Positions 13,491 through 25,809 of a DNA stretch of 64,000 nucleotides are shown here, piece by piece. The position numbers were made by a program, and so were the translations under genes. The stretch's first letter is position 1, and each line of letters begins with the position of its first letter. Source of the DNA: Catajapyx aquilonaris (taxonomy: Eukaryota); contig KZ538279.1 of NCBI GenBank assembly GCA_000934665.2, positions 1 to 64,000 of the forward strand. The letters are read 5' to 3'. Under the pieces are notes generated by a model that saw only the letters and a list, made by a program, of their open reading frames with translations, had not been told where the DNA came from and searched no databases.

Positions 13491-16400
13491 TATTTATTCA
13501 ATTCCTTTACAACTATGGTAACAGATGAGCAATTTTTTTACGGTTACAAAATGCCCCATAAAATTGTGTGAATTATTGGTTTCCCATTATGTTGTCGGTG
13601 GTAACAGGGCTGCACGATTATTTATTTTATATGTAAAACATTACTCTTCATTAACAATAAGCAGCTCAAAAAATTAAGAAGTTCAAACATTGCCAGAAAA
13701 ATTATTATAAACTCATCGCATGACCAATTTATTAATAAATAATTGTTCATAAATATTTGCTCTAACCGCCTGAACCGGGAATCGAACCGTGAAACCCCCA
13801 CTAAGCCCCCCCCAGTTACATCAAGCCACAATACATCTGCCATATTAGTTAGCAACCCTGGTCCCTCATTAGTCACTGCTAATGTCGCTGCACTTGTAGA
13901 AACGGAACATGAAAGCAGAAGTGTGACAGCCACTAGTTCAGCCCATATGTGGACAAGCAAAAATATGGCCTCCCCAAACCTGCAAAAAAAGTCCATATAA
14001 AAAAACCCTCCCCATCCTCGCAAAACTGTGGTGAAAGATGAGAAAAGAGGCCAAGGGAGGCATGTTTGTCTGGTCCTCCCTTCCATTTTTTGGATGATTA
14101 TTTGGGCAGCTCCCCCGCCATTCTCCAAAAGTCCCATGGCCCCTATCTCCCCCCTCCCTCCCAGCAACCAGCGTGATGCCATGTTTGACGCAGTGTGTCA
14201 TTTCGAGGGCGGTCATCAGCTGAATCGCAGGCAACCTTGGGCAGTAAATCTCAATTAACCCCTTGAGTCGAGGCTGTAAATCACGGCCAGCCACTGGTGA
14301 CGTATGGGACCGCCGAGGTTCGCCTTATTGCCGAGACGGTTATTTGAGCGAAGTGCGGGGGCATTCGATTAGGGAACCGCGGGATGATATGGCTGTAAAA
14401 GTCAGAGCCAAGATTTATGATCAGATCACCGCTTTCAGGGTGGGGAGGATGGGGGAAGGCGGAAGAGGGCGGGAATAGACTATAGTGTGGCTCTTCCCGA
14501 GCTGTCCTATCCTCCTAGGAATTTTTGCTTATTGGGCAAAAATCAAGATGGGGCTCAATCATTTGTTTTCTTGACCCGACGAGCCGGAGAAACGGGCCCC
14601 GAATGATTTGAAACAAAAGACAAATATGTCCTCCTGGGAGGCGACCACTTTTTCCCCTATTACCCCCCGACTATCCTTTCAACAATCTCATGCCGTTCAT
14701 GGAGACAAGCTGGTGATTTATCAGCTGTGTTCACCTCCACGTCGGAAGCGCTCCCTAACCTATCTATATACGGTTCTTTTTCTCTGCCGGGCCGGGGCCA
14801 TAATAAGAAATCAGAAAATGGCGATGTTTCTCACTATAATGCAAATTCGGGTCCATTTTAGGCCCATTTACTCAAATTAAACACAGATAAACGAGGCTGA
14901 TTTTGAAAATCAAGTACGAGCAGATTCATTATAGGGGACTCATATAGGGAAGAAGGAAATCTGAAACATAAGTCACATGTCTAAGCAGTGGTCTTATATT
15001 CGAGTTGAATCAGCACTTTGGAATATTATTCACGGCCGGCTGGATCTCAATTGTAGGATGTTAATGCGTCAAAATTGCAGGCCGCAATGCACTTACTCCC
15101 CAGTTGGAACATTCCCTGGCATATCATTAATTATCAGAATCCGAAATCTCCCTCGAAACGGTTTCTTCCTTCGAGTTTCAATTTAATATCCATAGCGCTA
15201 GGGTGGATGTAATACCAATCCATTACGATGGGCCTTTACAGCTGTTTTTCAGGAAATAAAGGAGCTAACGGTGGTTTATCAGGCAGGAAATGTAAGTTCA
15301 TTACTGCTGGACAAGCTTCAATTCATTCTGGGACTGATATATGCAGCCCAAGCCCGTTGGCTCCTGCTAACATCACAGGCCCCAAATGGTGAATGGTCCA
15401 TTTTTTTCAACCTCTTAACCCCTGAACCTTCTCTTCCCATGATGGCGACCCACAATCTGAGACATTTCCTTTTGGCCCTTGGTTTGGATCACCCGCTATG
15501 TCTCCCCCATTAGCTCCTTATCCCCTTGGTATCGGGCCGGTGGTGTCTTATCTTACAATATGCCTGTTGACATGTATGATGGATGAGAGCGAGGCCCTCA
15601 GCAGCAGCCAGGTTCCTTGTCACTCTGCACCTTTGGCAAGCGGCAAGTGGGGACGGACGGAAGGAATAAGGGACGAACCAGGCTGCTGCATGGGGACCAA
15701 GAATAGAGTTGCCCTTCTCTATACACACACACTTTCGCCAACCAGAGTCCGTTCACACCGTGGGATCAAAGCAGGTCAATGTCAGGAGAGAACAGCATGT
15801 ACCGGCTGGGTCAAAAGCAGGAAGGTGGGTTATAGAGTTACTTACAAATACCCAATTTGGATCTGGATACAACATGGTGGCACCCAGGTGACAGAATCTG
15901 TACCAGTGAGAATGAGCCAAGCGGAGGGTCCCACACTATACCCATTGGGACTGGTTTTCCTATTTTGTGTTTGCCGCACACAGTGTGTATTTTTATGATA
16001 GCTGTTCAATATCATCAATTGTCTACAACTCACGAATTCAATGGACATGCTTCGAATTTACAAAGTTTGCAAAATTAATCGCACATATTGTCTTGTTAAG
16101 TCCATAAATCATTGTGATCGATTCATTTTTATCTATATCAAACTTGGGTCCACATGGCCAGCGAGGACAATATATCCAGCCTGATCTGCAAAACATGTGC
16201 ATGAACCTGAAATACTATCAGCAGTGAGCAATAGTCGGTGGCTGGAGTCGGAAGCAAAAGAGAGTTTGATCCGGAGCTGAGGAGCTGGTGCAGTTGGGGA
16301 CCGTCTGGAGGGTGGCATGCTTTTAATTCCGCATCAGGCCACCTTTCGAAGAGGGTAACCGCAGCGTCGCCATCCATTCCGAGCACGGCAAGTGCGACTT

Positions 16401-18109
16401 GGGCATTTCTCTGGTTCTTAATTAAGCACTTCCAGGCAAACGATGTGGTTTATACTTCATAGGTGCCAGCTGCTGTGAAGGCCATCGCATTTTGTGGCTC
16501 CTTGGAAGGCATTAGCATAGTAAATTAGAATGCGGCAGATGGAAGTGGTGTATTTCGGCACAAACTGTCACCGATATTAATGTCTTCGGCTGGCACAAGG
16601 AACCGGCCTGACCTCAAAGAACTCCCATCGGGTGCAATAAAGGCAGCCAACACCAGGCCCACGCACCCGTCTAGACCAAAAACTACTCACAATGGTGGTG
16701 CCGAAAAAAAATGACCAAAAACGAGAAATGAAACTTGTACTTTTTTTTCCATGTCACACATGAAGGCACCGCCTGTAATTCGATCTCAGAAATGATAAAA
16801 TCGATATAGGTTTCCCCTCTTTCCGATTCTAAATCCTAGCCTATATTAAAAAAGGAAGTCACGAGCTTTGGAGGGGAAACCGACCTCAAATTTTCATATT
16901 ATTTAAAAAAAATGATATGCAATTCACTTTATTAAATTTCTAGAAAAACCTGCTCAGACTTGTGAATTTTAGCCCAATTGGCGCACCTGCCATGAGTATA
17001 AAGCATGTGCATGTGTGGGTTAAGTTACCCCCCACTACTATACCCCTGCTTCGAATCTGATGCCCCGATGCCGCAAAGGTTAGCCGGTGGTTGAATCGTG
17101 GCCGTAAATTTCCCCACATGCAGCGTATGGCACATGGCAGCATTATCAAATCCAAATCCAACACTATTAAATGTCCGGCCGATAACCGAGCCACCAACAG
17201 TATAATCCGGGTTGCACTCATCGTTGCAGTTCCAAAACTTGAATCTGGTAATCACTATTTTTTTTTGTCAGTGTTGTTAGTGTTTTTTTTAGAGAGGGAA
17301 CACAGATACCAATTCCACGCTCTTTCTCCTCGATTACACGCCCTCGGACTCGTATATCCGACCGTGATTGAGTTTTTACACACTGTCGGCGGTTGGTCCA
17401 ACAATCAGAGAGGGGACGAAGGCCATGGGAAAAGACGGGGGTAATATTTCATGGCCACCTAGGTTTTCAATGGATGAAAAACGATGTCCAGTTCTTGGCC
17501 TGCAACATTTTCTACAAGAATGTGATATTTCTTAAAATTAGGTCAGTATATGAAAGCTGATAGTGTTGCGTAATAATTAGTAATAATCCGCCCTGGCTAA
17601 GTAACTAAAATAATCACAAGTACCTGAATATGGAATGAACGCATTAATTATCAATCTACTGTATTTCCACATACTCTTGATGCAATAATATCCTGCCTTC
17701 TGCCAATGGTATAAGACACAAAAATATGCTTATTTAAAATTTCCTACAGGCCAGCAAAAAAGTAGTTGACATTTTTATATTGGCCACGAAATAGCATATT
17801 CATTACAAACTGAAATCGCCTAAACATAAAACAAACTGGGAAATATATTACTTTAAAGGTCTTGTGCACAACTATCGGGAAAGTATCAGTAAATTGAAAA
17901 TTAATAGACCACAAGCCCTTCTGGTCAAGTGTTATGGTAATATCAGTTTTACAGAGATTAATGACTACATATAATAAAATTATGGCATTTTTAAACGGTT
18001 TTCGGAACCATCGCCTATATGTCGCAGACACACCACACGACACTTCCATTCTCTTGGTAACTACTTGACACACCTAATGAAATGGCATTTTACATCAAAA
18101 TTGCTCTAA

Positions 18110-18289
18110 AGGCCCGTTTCCACCGGAATAATTTTTGTTCTGGACAAAATGCAAGCCAGAACAATTTTTTGTTGCTAGGCGATTAATAATAAAGTAACAA
18201 AGTAATAATAATAAAGTTTGTTTGATTTTGTGCTCCATTTTTGTGCTTTTCTTTTTGTGCTCGAAAATTATGCCTGTGGAAACAGGCCC
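18110..18289. mobile_element. PIF/Harbinger (Tourist-like) MITE
   Basis: TIRs AGGCCCGTTTCCAC / GTGGAAACAGGCCC (12/14 match), flanked by TAA on both sides (18107-18109, 18290-18292). Confidence 0.75.
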
Positions 18290-19008
18290 TAAAACACCTA
18301 CATTTTATATGCAAAAGCCAAGCTCGTGCGAAACTGACGACGCGTATATGTCAGATTGTCATTTCTGTAAAGAGACCGCAAAGACCAAATAGAACCGTCA
18401 TGAACCTCTGGTAAACTGTCCAGTACGCAGGAGTTCACCCTACGAGTCTGTCTGAATCGGATGAAACACCATGCAAATTGATGTATTCAATAATGGTGTT
18501 AATGTTTAATGAGAAAAACCTGATATTCACTCAATGGGTGAAGGGAGGTGATTGATTCCAGCATGTATCCTATCATTGGAGAACGAAACTAATCATACCG
18601 ACTGGAAGCCATCAACAATCTATAATAAGCCTCATTCCAGGGTGCCTGATGAAGTGTCTCTTGTATTTGTTGACATTCTTATCAAAAATTTACTGGCCAT
18701 TCGTTTCCGTCCAATAGATGTAAGAAGATCACTTATAAATGTGGGAAGGGTGCGGTGTCATTGTTGTCATTATTGGGGAGCTCAGGCAAAGGCCATCAAA
18801 TATAGAGGTGCGTCACTATACTTCCTAATAGGAAGGTTTCGGAGTAAGACTTTTCAGGCGAGAAAACATGAATACAATGCAGTGTTACTTCATACCTGAA
18901 TCTATTATTGAATGACATAAGCCATCAATCCTTACAACAATTCAGTTGGTTCTGATATGGAATGAGATATAGAGTAATATCAAGTTTCCCTTGTAATAAT
19001 AAGTTATA

Positions 19009-19206
19009 CAGGGTGTTTCAACTTTTTTGTCCGAACAGTTATCGGAAATATAGTTGCACTATAAGCTGCTACTTTGTAAGCAGTGACTTGCAACCGGTTT
19101 GTCGGAGGAATGGCGAATATTCCCTGCGAATCTTAGGTTGAAGTGGCATAGCAGCTTAGTGCAATATTTCCGATAACTGTTCGGACAAAAAAGTTGAAAC
19201 ACCCTG
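19009..19206. mobile_element. Tc1/mariner-type MITE, copy A
   Basis: Long perfect TIRs CAGGGTGTTTCAACTTTTTTGTCCGAACAGTTATCGGAAATAT, extending imperfectly to ~65 bp; TA on both flanks. Confidence 0.92.
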
Positions 19207-22200
19207 TATAAGTTTGGGTGACGATTCGCAATAAAGTGCGTTTTAAAATACTTTCACTAATTTACAATTTGCATCACATACACATCACATATAAGGGTGT
19301 GGCAGTACGGACAAAGGACACGTCGGGCTATATGAGGCACTATATATTTTCCTTGTCACGACGGTCGACACTTCATGTAACAGCATGCAGAAAAAGGATT
19401 AGGACACGGAGGTCACGACTCTGTCATAATGTGGGACATCATTTTTTTTACAAAATATAAATGAACCTCTGTTAGTCAATGCGACATAAACAAACCTTAC
19501 AGTACCGGTATGTATGCAGAAAAACCATTTTTATGCGTGAAGCAGGTGACACGAATATTCTCATTATTTTTGCTGATATTTATGTTGAAATATATTTTTG
19601 CATAATTATACTGTAGGCTATTGAGAATACCAAAATAAATACTGTATAGTAATGTGGAATGATGCTCCATAATTACCACTTATACACATTGTTAAAGTTT
19701 CATTCCTTCATTCTCAGAGGTAATGTGTATACAGACTATTTGGACTTAAGTTAGCATTAATTGCACAATTTGAAGCCTACCAGATGCCATAAAATTTTGT
19801 CATGACCACCTCGACCTACTCTTACCGCAGTCTTCTCACGTTAGAACAAATGTTAATTCCCCCTTCTGGTTGCTGGCTGCGTCACGTAACACAGCTTCCC
19901 AAGTCATGTCTCTCGTGTTCCAATATTCTGAAAGCGGTCCGGCACCCCCCCCCCCCAAAAAAAAAACAGTCTTGTACCGACGCCCAAATCTCATAGAGAC
20001 GAGCAAAAAGAGTGTATCAAAAGAGTGCAGGGGCAAAAGTGCAGCATCTGGAAAGAAAGCTCTTTTTGGTTATTATGCAGACTGTCCTTATATGAGCCAG
20101 AATCTGGAAAGAAAAAGAAATCTTCGCAGCTGACTGTTGCCCTCCCTTGAATCTTCCCTCGCTATGAAACGTGTCTGCAATGAATTTTTCGTCTAAGATA
20201 TATATATTTTTTCTTAAGACTGTATCCCCCTCTGGCTGGCTGTGTCGTCTGGTGCGGAGTTGCAAAAACGGCCCTCACCACCGTTACTGTACGAGAGGGA
20301 GTGAAGTTAACGATCCATTTCCATAATGTGCCTGACTGCCGACCGGCTCCACAGCTGTGTGTAAGATTAAAATATGCATAGAGTGATATGTCAAAGTCAC
20401 ATGGCATCGATTTAAATTTATTAAAGGCCCCCAGTGTGCAACGCAATGAGAATGATTTTGGGGCCCACGTGAGAGAGTCCAGGGCGTGACTCCAGGGTTT
20501 TCCTAGTTTCAAACTACCCCCCCTGCAAAACCCCCCCATGGACGAACAAAAGGGGATTTTCAACCGGTGACCATACATCTCTTCCACCCACTCATATGAC
20601 ACTAGGGGGCCCCCAACGATTAGCTTCTGTGGTGAGTCCAGATTTTTACACTGTCATCCCACTCGTACAAAAAAAGGTGGGACTTGACATGGGGGGGTGT
20701 TGAAGGTGAAATAAATTCCGGGGCATTCATTTCCCTGTCAGCATTAACATTAGCAAATGATTAGTCAAGATTAAAAGTAAACCCTTGTAAAATGCCGTGT
20801 CTGTTATGTAAGGCGAAACAATCGAGGTTTATTTGGAGAGAGCTACTTGTTTGATCAAGTGTAGTGTTCTCCACACCCACCCACCCAATTCTCATTATGC
20901 AGACCCATTTAGGTTTATAGGACCGGACCTTTAGTCTGATTATGTCTCCGGACATGTATCGCGCAAATCTTCGGAATTTTCATAAAAGAAACGTCATTAT
21001 CCGAGTGCTCCTCATAATGGGACAGAAAACAGGCATCAACACGCAATTAAAGTAGGTAAAAAGTACGGCATGTCATGCCCTTATCTAAACAAGTCATGCT
21101 GACGCCTATTTATGGTATGAACTTGGTTGGATCCACAATGGCAACAACAACAACAGAGGAAGAGTTACTACACCAAGAGGTTGTAATCATGGCATGACAG
21201 TCTGTTACTCGCAGCGAATCGCACGCGACATTACCAGAATGTGCTTGTATCGTGTTGTCTCCCAGGATTCAACCACGTAGTGCATTCAACCGGAGCTAGG
21301 CATTACTCAGCTTTATCTCACACAGACCTGACACATACATTTTCATTACAGCGAGCCATACAGAAATTATTTCCAATGCGACGCGACGGTACTCCTCGAT
21401 TGAGACAGGATGTGACGCCACAGATAATGTCATCCAAACGCGGTACACCGGCATGCAATGCACGCAACATTTGAGACACCCTGTCGTAGAGAGGACGTGT
21501 GGCATGGACCTTGACATTCCCGAGCGGTTTTCGCGGCGTTGACCCGTCCCTAGGGGTCAGGGCGGCGGAGACTCCTTTGACCCTCGGTCGTTTCCCAGGA
21601 GAGGTCGCCAATCTGTCACCATGTTTGACCGCTGGCCTTCCTCCCTGAGGGGGCGGGGGAGAGGGATTTGATGCAGGAGGGAGGGGACTTTCTGGCCAGT
21701 GCGACCGACACTGTTTGGACACGGCTCCATTTATCACCTTCGAAGTGGGGTCTCTGCTTTTCGGGGGCGGAGAACCAAGAATCGGGGAAAAGAAAGGGGG
21801 AAAAAAATTGTTTCCTACATGCTGGATACGACGCATTTTCTTAATGCACTTCCAGACCCCACTTGAGCCACGAGTGTCCTGGAGGGCCCACATGCAGCGT
21901 TACATGACAGGTAACAACCCGGTGCCGAAAAATGGCTTCACCCCCCGCCCCCATCACCCCTCCCCTATACACCAACATGACACTCCAATGACCCCACTTG
22001 GCCTGGACCAAGGTGGGATATAGGAGAGGTGTGGTGTGGGTATGNGGGGGGGGCAGCATCCCATTGGCCTACCGTATGGGTGGGGTAAGACGTAGCCACC
22101 ACCGCCAGCCGACGACCACCGACGTTTCGCCACACCAGCCACTCCCAAGATGCAAAATAATGAGCCAGAATCGAAAAAAAAGTAGCCGCTTCTGAAGGGG

Positions 22201-22294
22201 GGCCCCAGACCTGAACCTCCACTTCGTGCAAGAGCCCACAGACAAATGAGCCTAGTGGATAGAGACCCCCGTTTAGTCCGCGCAAATGATTTTT

Positions 22295-22560
22295 TAGTTG
22301 TCATTAAATCAGTTGACACTGGTGTGAAAAATAAATTTATTGCCCGTAATTACTCGGCGAAGCCCCGGCGCGAGTGGAGGGAGGCGCTCTAGGGACGGGG
22401 GTGGGTGGGGAGATCGGAGCATGGGAGGGGGGGTACCAGGGGGAGGGGGGGGGGTGCTTTGGCCCGCCATCTATCGCTGCCTCTTCCAGCCGCCATTTCG
22501 GGGGCGGCCATGTAAATCAAACGAATAAATTTATGGCATCATGGGAGAGCGCCTTTATTG
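22295..22560. promoter_or_regulatory. Cluster of homeodomain/TALE-type sites upstream of pb
   Basis: TGTCATTAAATCA (22299-22311), TGACA (22314), ATAAATTTATTG (22331), GTAATTAC (22346), GTAAATCA (22512), ATAAATTTATGGC (22525), TTTATTG (22554). These form AT-rich islands in G/C-rich DNA. Confidence 0.45.
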
Positions 22561-22749
22561 TTTCTGCCTGCCAAACAGCAAGCCAGTGAGGGCCGCGGGG
22601 CGGTAGCACGCGCACGCGGCGCACCGAGCGCAGAGTAGGTACGTCGCTGTTCAAACGGGGCCAAGGCTCCAACCGAACCCACCCCCCCCCTCTGGCCACC
22701 CTCAGCTCCCTCCTCCTCCTAGCAGCAACATGCCTATTGAGAGGGTTGA

Positions 22750-22810
22750 GACGTCCGTCATTGGTTGACGCCCGTCACGTGACGGCAGCCAAAAAAGAAA
22801 TGGTCAGATC
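22750..22810 (+). promoter_or_regulatory. Probable pb proximal promoter: inverted CCAAT box plus palindromic E-box
   Basis: ATTGG at 22760-22764 inside CGTCA-n5-TGACG, followed by the perfect palindrome CCGTCACGTGACGG (22772-22785). Lies in CpG-rich DNA ~280 bp upstream of the ATG at 23061. Confidence 0.5.
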
Positions 22811-23060
22811 GTAGCTATCAATCCCGGCGAGCCGCTTCAACGTTGCTACTGGGGGGAAAACAAGCGGCTACTCGTGCATTTAATGGATTGACTGCGCCGC
22901 TGACGCCCCGATGATGGACAAGTGCTGGGAGGCGCGCGGGACATCCCGCCGGCTGACCCTGTGCGGGTAGGCAATCACGCTGCACGCACCCACAGCCGGC
23001 GCCAGTAGCAGCCCCGGGGCGCCTACTATATGGTGGGAGGAAGCGCGGGCCAGCCAGTCC

Positions 23061-23406
23061 ATGGAGGCGGCGGCGTGCGAGGCGGCCTTCCTGGGCGCAC
23101 AGCCCGCCATGGCTGAATTCATCAGCAGCTTGCCGCCGCACATCAACGAGGGACTGCACCGGGCCAATTCCTCACTCAGCCCGCCGCCGCCTCCGCCGCC
23201 ACCACCGCCACAGCAGCAGCCACCACAGCAGCAGACAGCCCAGCAGCAGGGACGGAACACCTACGCGTCTCTCGAAGCCAGTGTGCACGGACACAACAAT
23301 CCGCAGAGTGGACCACCTTCTGGACAACCCCAACCACCTGGTGTCAACATGCCGGAGTACCCCTGGATGAAGGAGAAGAAGACCACCAGGAAGAACAACC
23401 AGCAAG
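23061..23406 (+). CDS. pb: proboscipedia (Hox2) coding exon 1; true start may lie further upstream (see findings)
   Basis: Encodes EAAFLGAQPAMAEF (diverged Hox2 'GFINSQPS(M/L)AE' motif), poly-P/poly-Q, and PEYPWMKEKKTTRK (Hox2-type hexapeptide, YPWM at 23358-23369). Ends at donor CAAG|GTGAGA (GT 23407-23408), phase 1. Confidence 0.93.
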
Positions 23407-25640
23407 GTGAGATCTGTTGCCTCTATCGATTCTCATCTCTTGTTATATTTGACCACGCAAAGCCCACGTGCGCGCCTTTACCACGGCGGCTCATGATTTA
23501 GTGCATTGCCGTGGTTTTACACCCTAATCATTCAAAGTCGGTGCGTTACAAAATTGATTGCCTCTGGCCCAGGGGTTGATCAATGGATGACGTTTGTCAA
23601 GTGGGCAGCACTTAGGTGCCTGGAGTACGACACGAGGGTTGCCCGCGGGAGGTTTGGTCGGTGTGCCAGCAGCCGCCGACATCCCCTTGTCTTCGGCCCT
23701 GTTCCGCGCTTGCTTTATGGTCCGGGCAATAGGAAAATGGCATGCTAAGTTCATTATGTGCTGCGTAACTTTCCTTTAAATTGTTAATTACGGAATTACG
23801 GTGGTCGTAAAGCGTGTGGATTATGACCCTAGCAGGCCGCTTGTCTTATGGCCGCGGTGAGTGAATATTCCGAGAGGGAAGGGGTGTGTGGGGGGGTTTA
23901 AAGAGATTTCACCGTCAATACTTGGCAGGCATTTCGGATGGGGTGGACCCCTTTTTGAAGGCAATTTGCATGCTTCACCCAGATTTGTGTAAGAAAAGAT
24001 TCAATTCGCACCTCATGAGGTACGCCACTTGGGTCCCCCGGGTAGGCAATCCGTCGCCAAGACACAAAGCAACTCCACATGGAATATTCATGGTTGTCAG
24101 TCGGCAAAAACTCATTGCGACTAATCAGGCACGGCAAGTAACTCCATTGACAGCGTGTGTACGGAGCCCCAGCGATGGGAGGCCTCCCGGACTTGTTTTC
24201 ATTCGCCACATGTCCGCGGGACGCTTGTCACAAGTTTAATATCGCATGCAACACGCACCGCCGACACATTCAGGATTACAGAATTGTAGTTTGGAAGCCC
24301 ATTTGGGCCAATCACAAATTGGAGCATCAGCCCATCCGCAATTAATACCTGAAAATGCTCCAGTTCATCACCGGCCTATGAGTATTAATTTTATGGAACT
24401 TAATGCAAATATGCGCATGGGATTCAATCACTGCTCGATCCCAGTTATATTCGGTTGTTAGAATAAAAACTGGTTTTTTTTTCTGGCCTCGTACAGATCC
24501 ACAGGTGACGCCTTTCTCGTTTCTCGCCCGCTTCGAAAATCCCATTTTGACAAGCCAGCCACTGTAGCAACATAATCCACCAAAGTAATCTGAAGAATTT
24601 TGTAATTAATGGCCCAAAATCGATCGCTCATTTTTGTAACAGCAAGGAAAAGGAAAATTCCCCAGCCGCACGCTCATGTAATAAATTATTTCAGAGGAGG
24701 GGGAAGGAGGGGGGGGGAGGGGAAAAACACTTTGACTCCTCCAGAGAGCTACAATGAAACTGTTAGGATACTTGCTGACTGCTGAAGCCCCTTGTAAAGC
24801 CGACCACTTGAAACTGAAGCAGCCTTCATAATACCCGCCCTAGGCTATTGTCACGTTTGCTTTACGGCACCCTCAAAACCTGTGTCAATTCCGATTCGGA
24901 GAGACTTGTGGCGCCCAGCCCCCGTTTGTGGTGGCGATGAAACAGTTGGAATAAGCGATGAAACGGATGGTGTTTCAGTGAACCTTGTTTTCACCATGGG
25001 AGCCATCATGGGCCAATCCTCCGGCCCTTTCCAATGGTCTCCCTCCCCCCCCCCNCACTTTTTCCCCCCCTTCTCTGCTCCCTCCCCTGCTCCCGCACAC
25101 TGCAATTCTCGGGCCGGTTAAAGTCTCGTAGGTTCTCCATGGCGGGTTTCGAGGGTGATAAGTGGGCAGGCCATAAATCCTGACCAAGCCCCCACCTGTG
25201 GGATCCTCTTCTTGGCTCTATCCGATCGTAAGGCACACTATTTTTGATACGTGCAATGTGATTTGGGAACTATTTTTGCATATGGCGGAACTAATGGGAC
25301 TATTTTTTGCGGTTCTTGGCGGTTCTTCTAATGTTGCAAAATTAGAGTCATGTTTGAAAAGATGGTTTTGCCTCTACGAAATTCTTTTACCAACCACATA
25401 TGAAAAGTTTAGGACTTTACCAAGAATGAAGTACATCATACACACTATTCCTCAACATCAAAGTGTATTACAAGTTCATGAGTTCCTCTTTTGTCAAAGA
25501 GCGAAACATTTTTTTTGTCAATGATTCGCTGTAATCGGTCCAAGTGGGTAATCACTCGACTGACAGTGTACATTGGAGTACCAAATTCAAGGAGTGCCAA
25601 GGAGTAATAAAGAGTGAGGTATCATACCTGAGGAGTACCT

Positions 25641-25809
25641 GGGAGTACCACTCGCAGGTGTACCTGGTGTCCAACAAGAATTGTCGCAGAGGCAGCGCAC
25701 GAACTACAGTCTCTCGTGTCCCTGTGCTCGTAGATTGTAGTTCGTGCGCTGCCGCTGCGACAATTCTTGTTAGACTGATAGTACACCGGAGTACCGAAGT
25801 GGTTCCCCC
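25641..25809. repeat. Hairpin/MITE-like inverted repeat in the pb intron
   Basis: 40-bp arms AACAAGAATTGTCGCAGAGGCAGCGCACGAACTACAGTCT (25673-25712) / 25732-25771, 19-nt loop; outer GGTGTAC/GTACACC and ACCACT/AGTGGT pairs. Confidence 0.8.

Noticed and set aside
13765..13800. Minus-strand B-box-like GGTTCGATTCCCGG
   Set aside because: No convincing A box or cloverleaf; at most a decayed SINE fragment.
19201..19208. ACCCTGTA resembling the miR-10/miR-993 5' seed (also near 47664 and 55845)
   Set aside because: At 19201 and 55845 it is the Tc1 TIR end plus TA; none of the three sites has the rest of the miRNA.
10717..21893. Assorted 100-190 aa ORFs upstream of pb (possible zen/Hox3 or transposase)
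   Set aside because: No homeodomain, transposase or reverse-transcriptase motifs recognised; composition looks non-coding.
23407..23501. Read-through tail of the 146-aa ORF (EICCLYRF...)
   Set aside because: Lies beyond the GTGAGA donor, so it is intronic.
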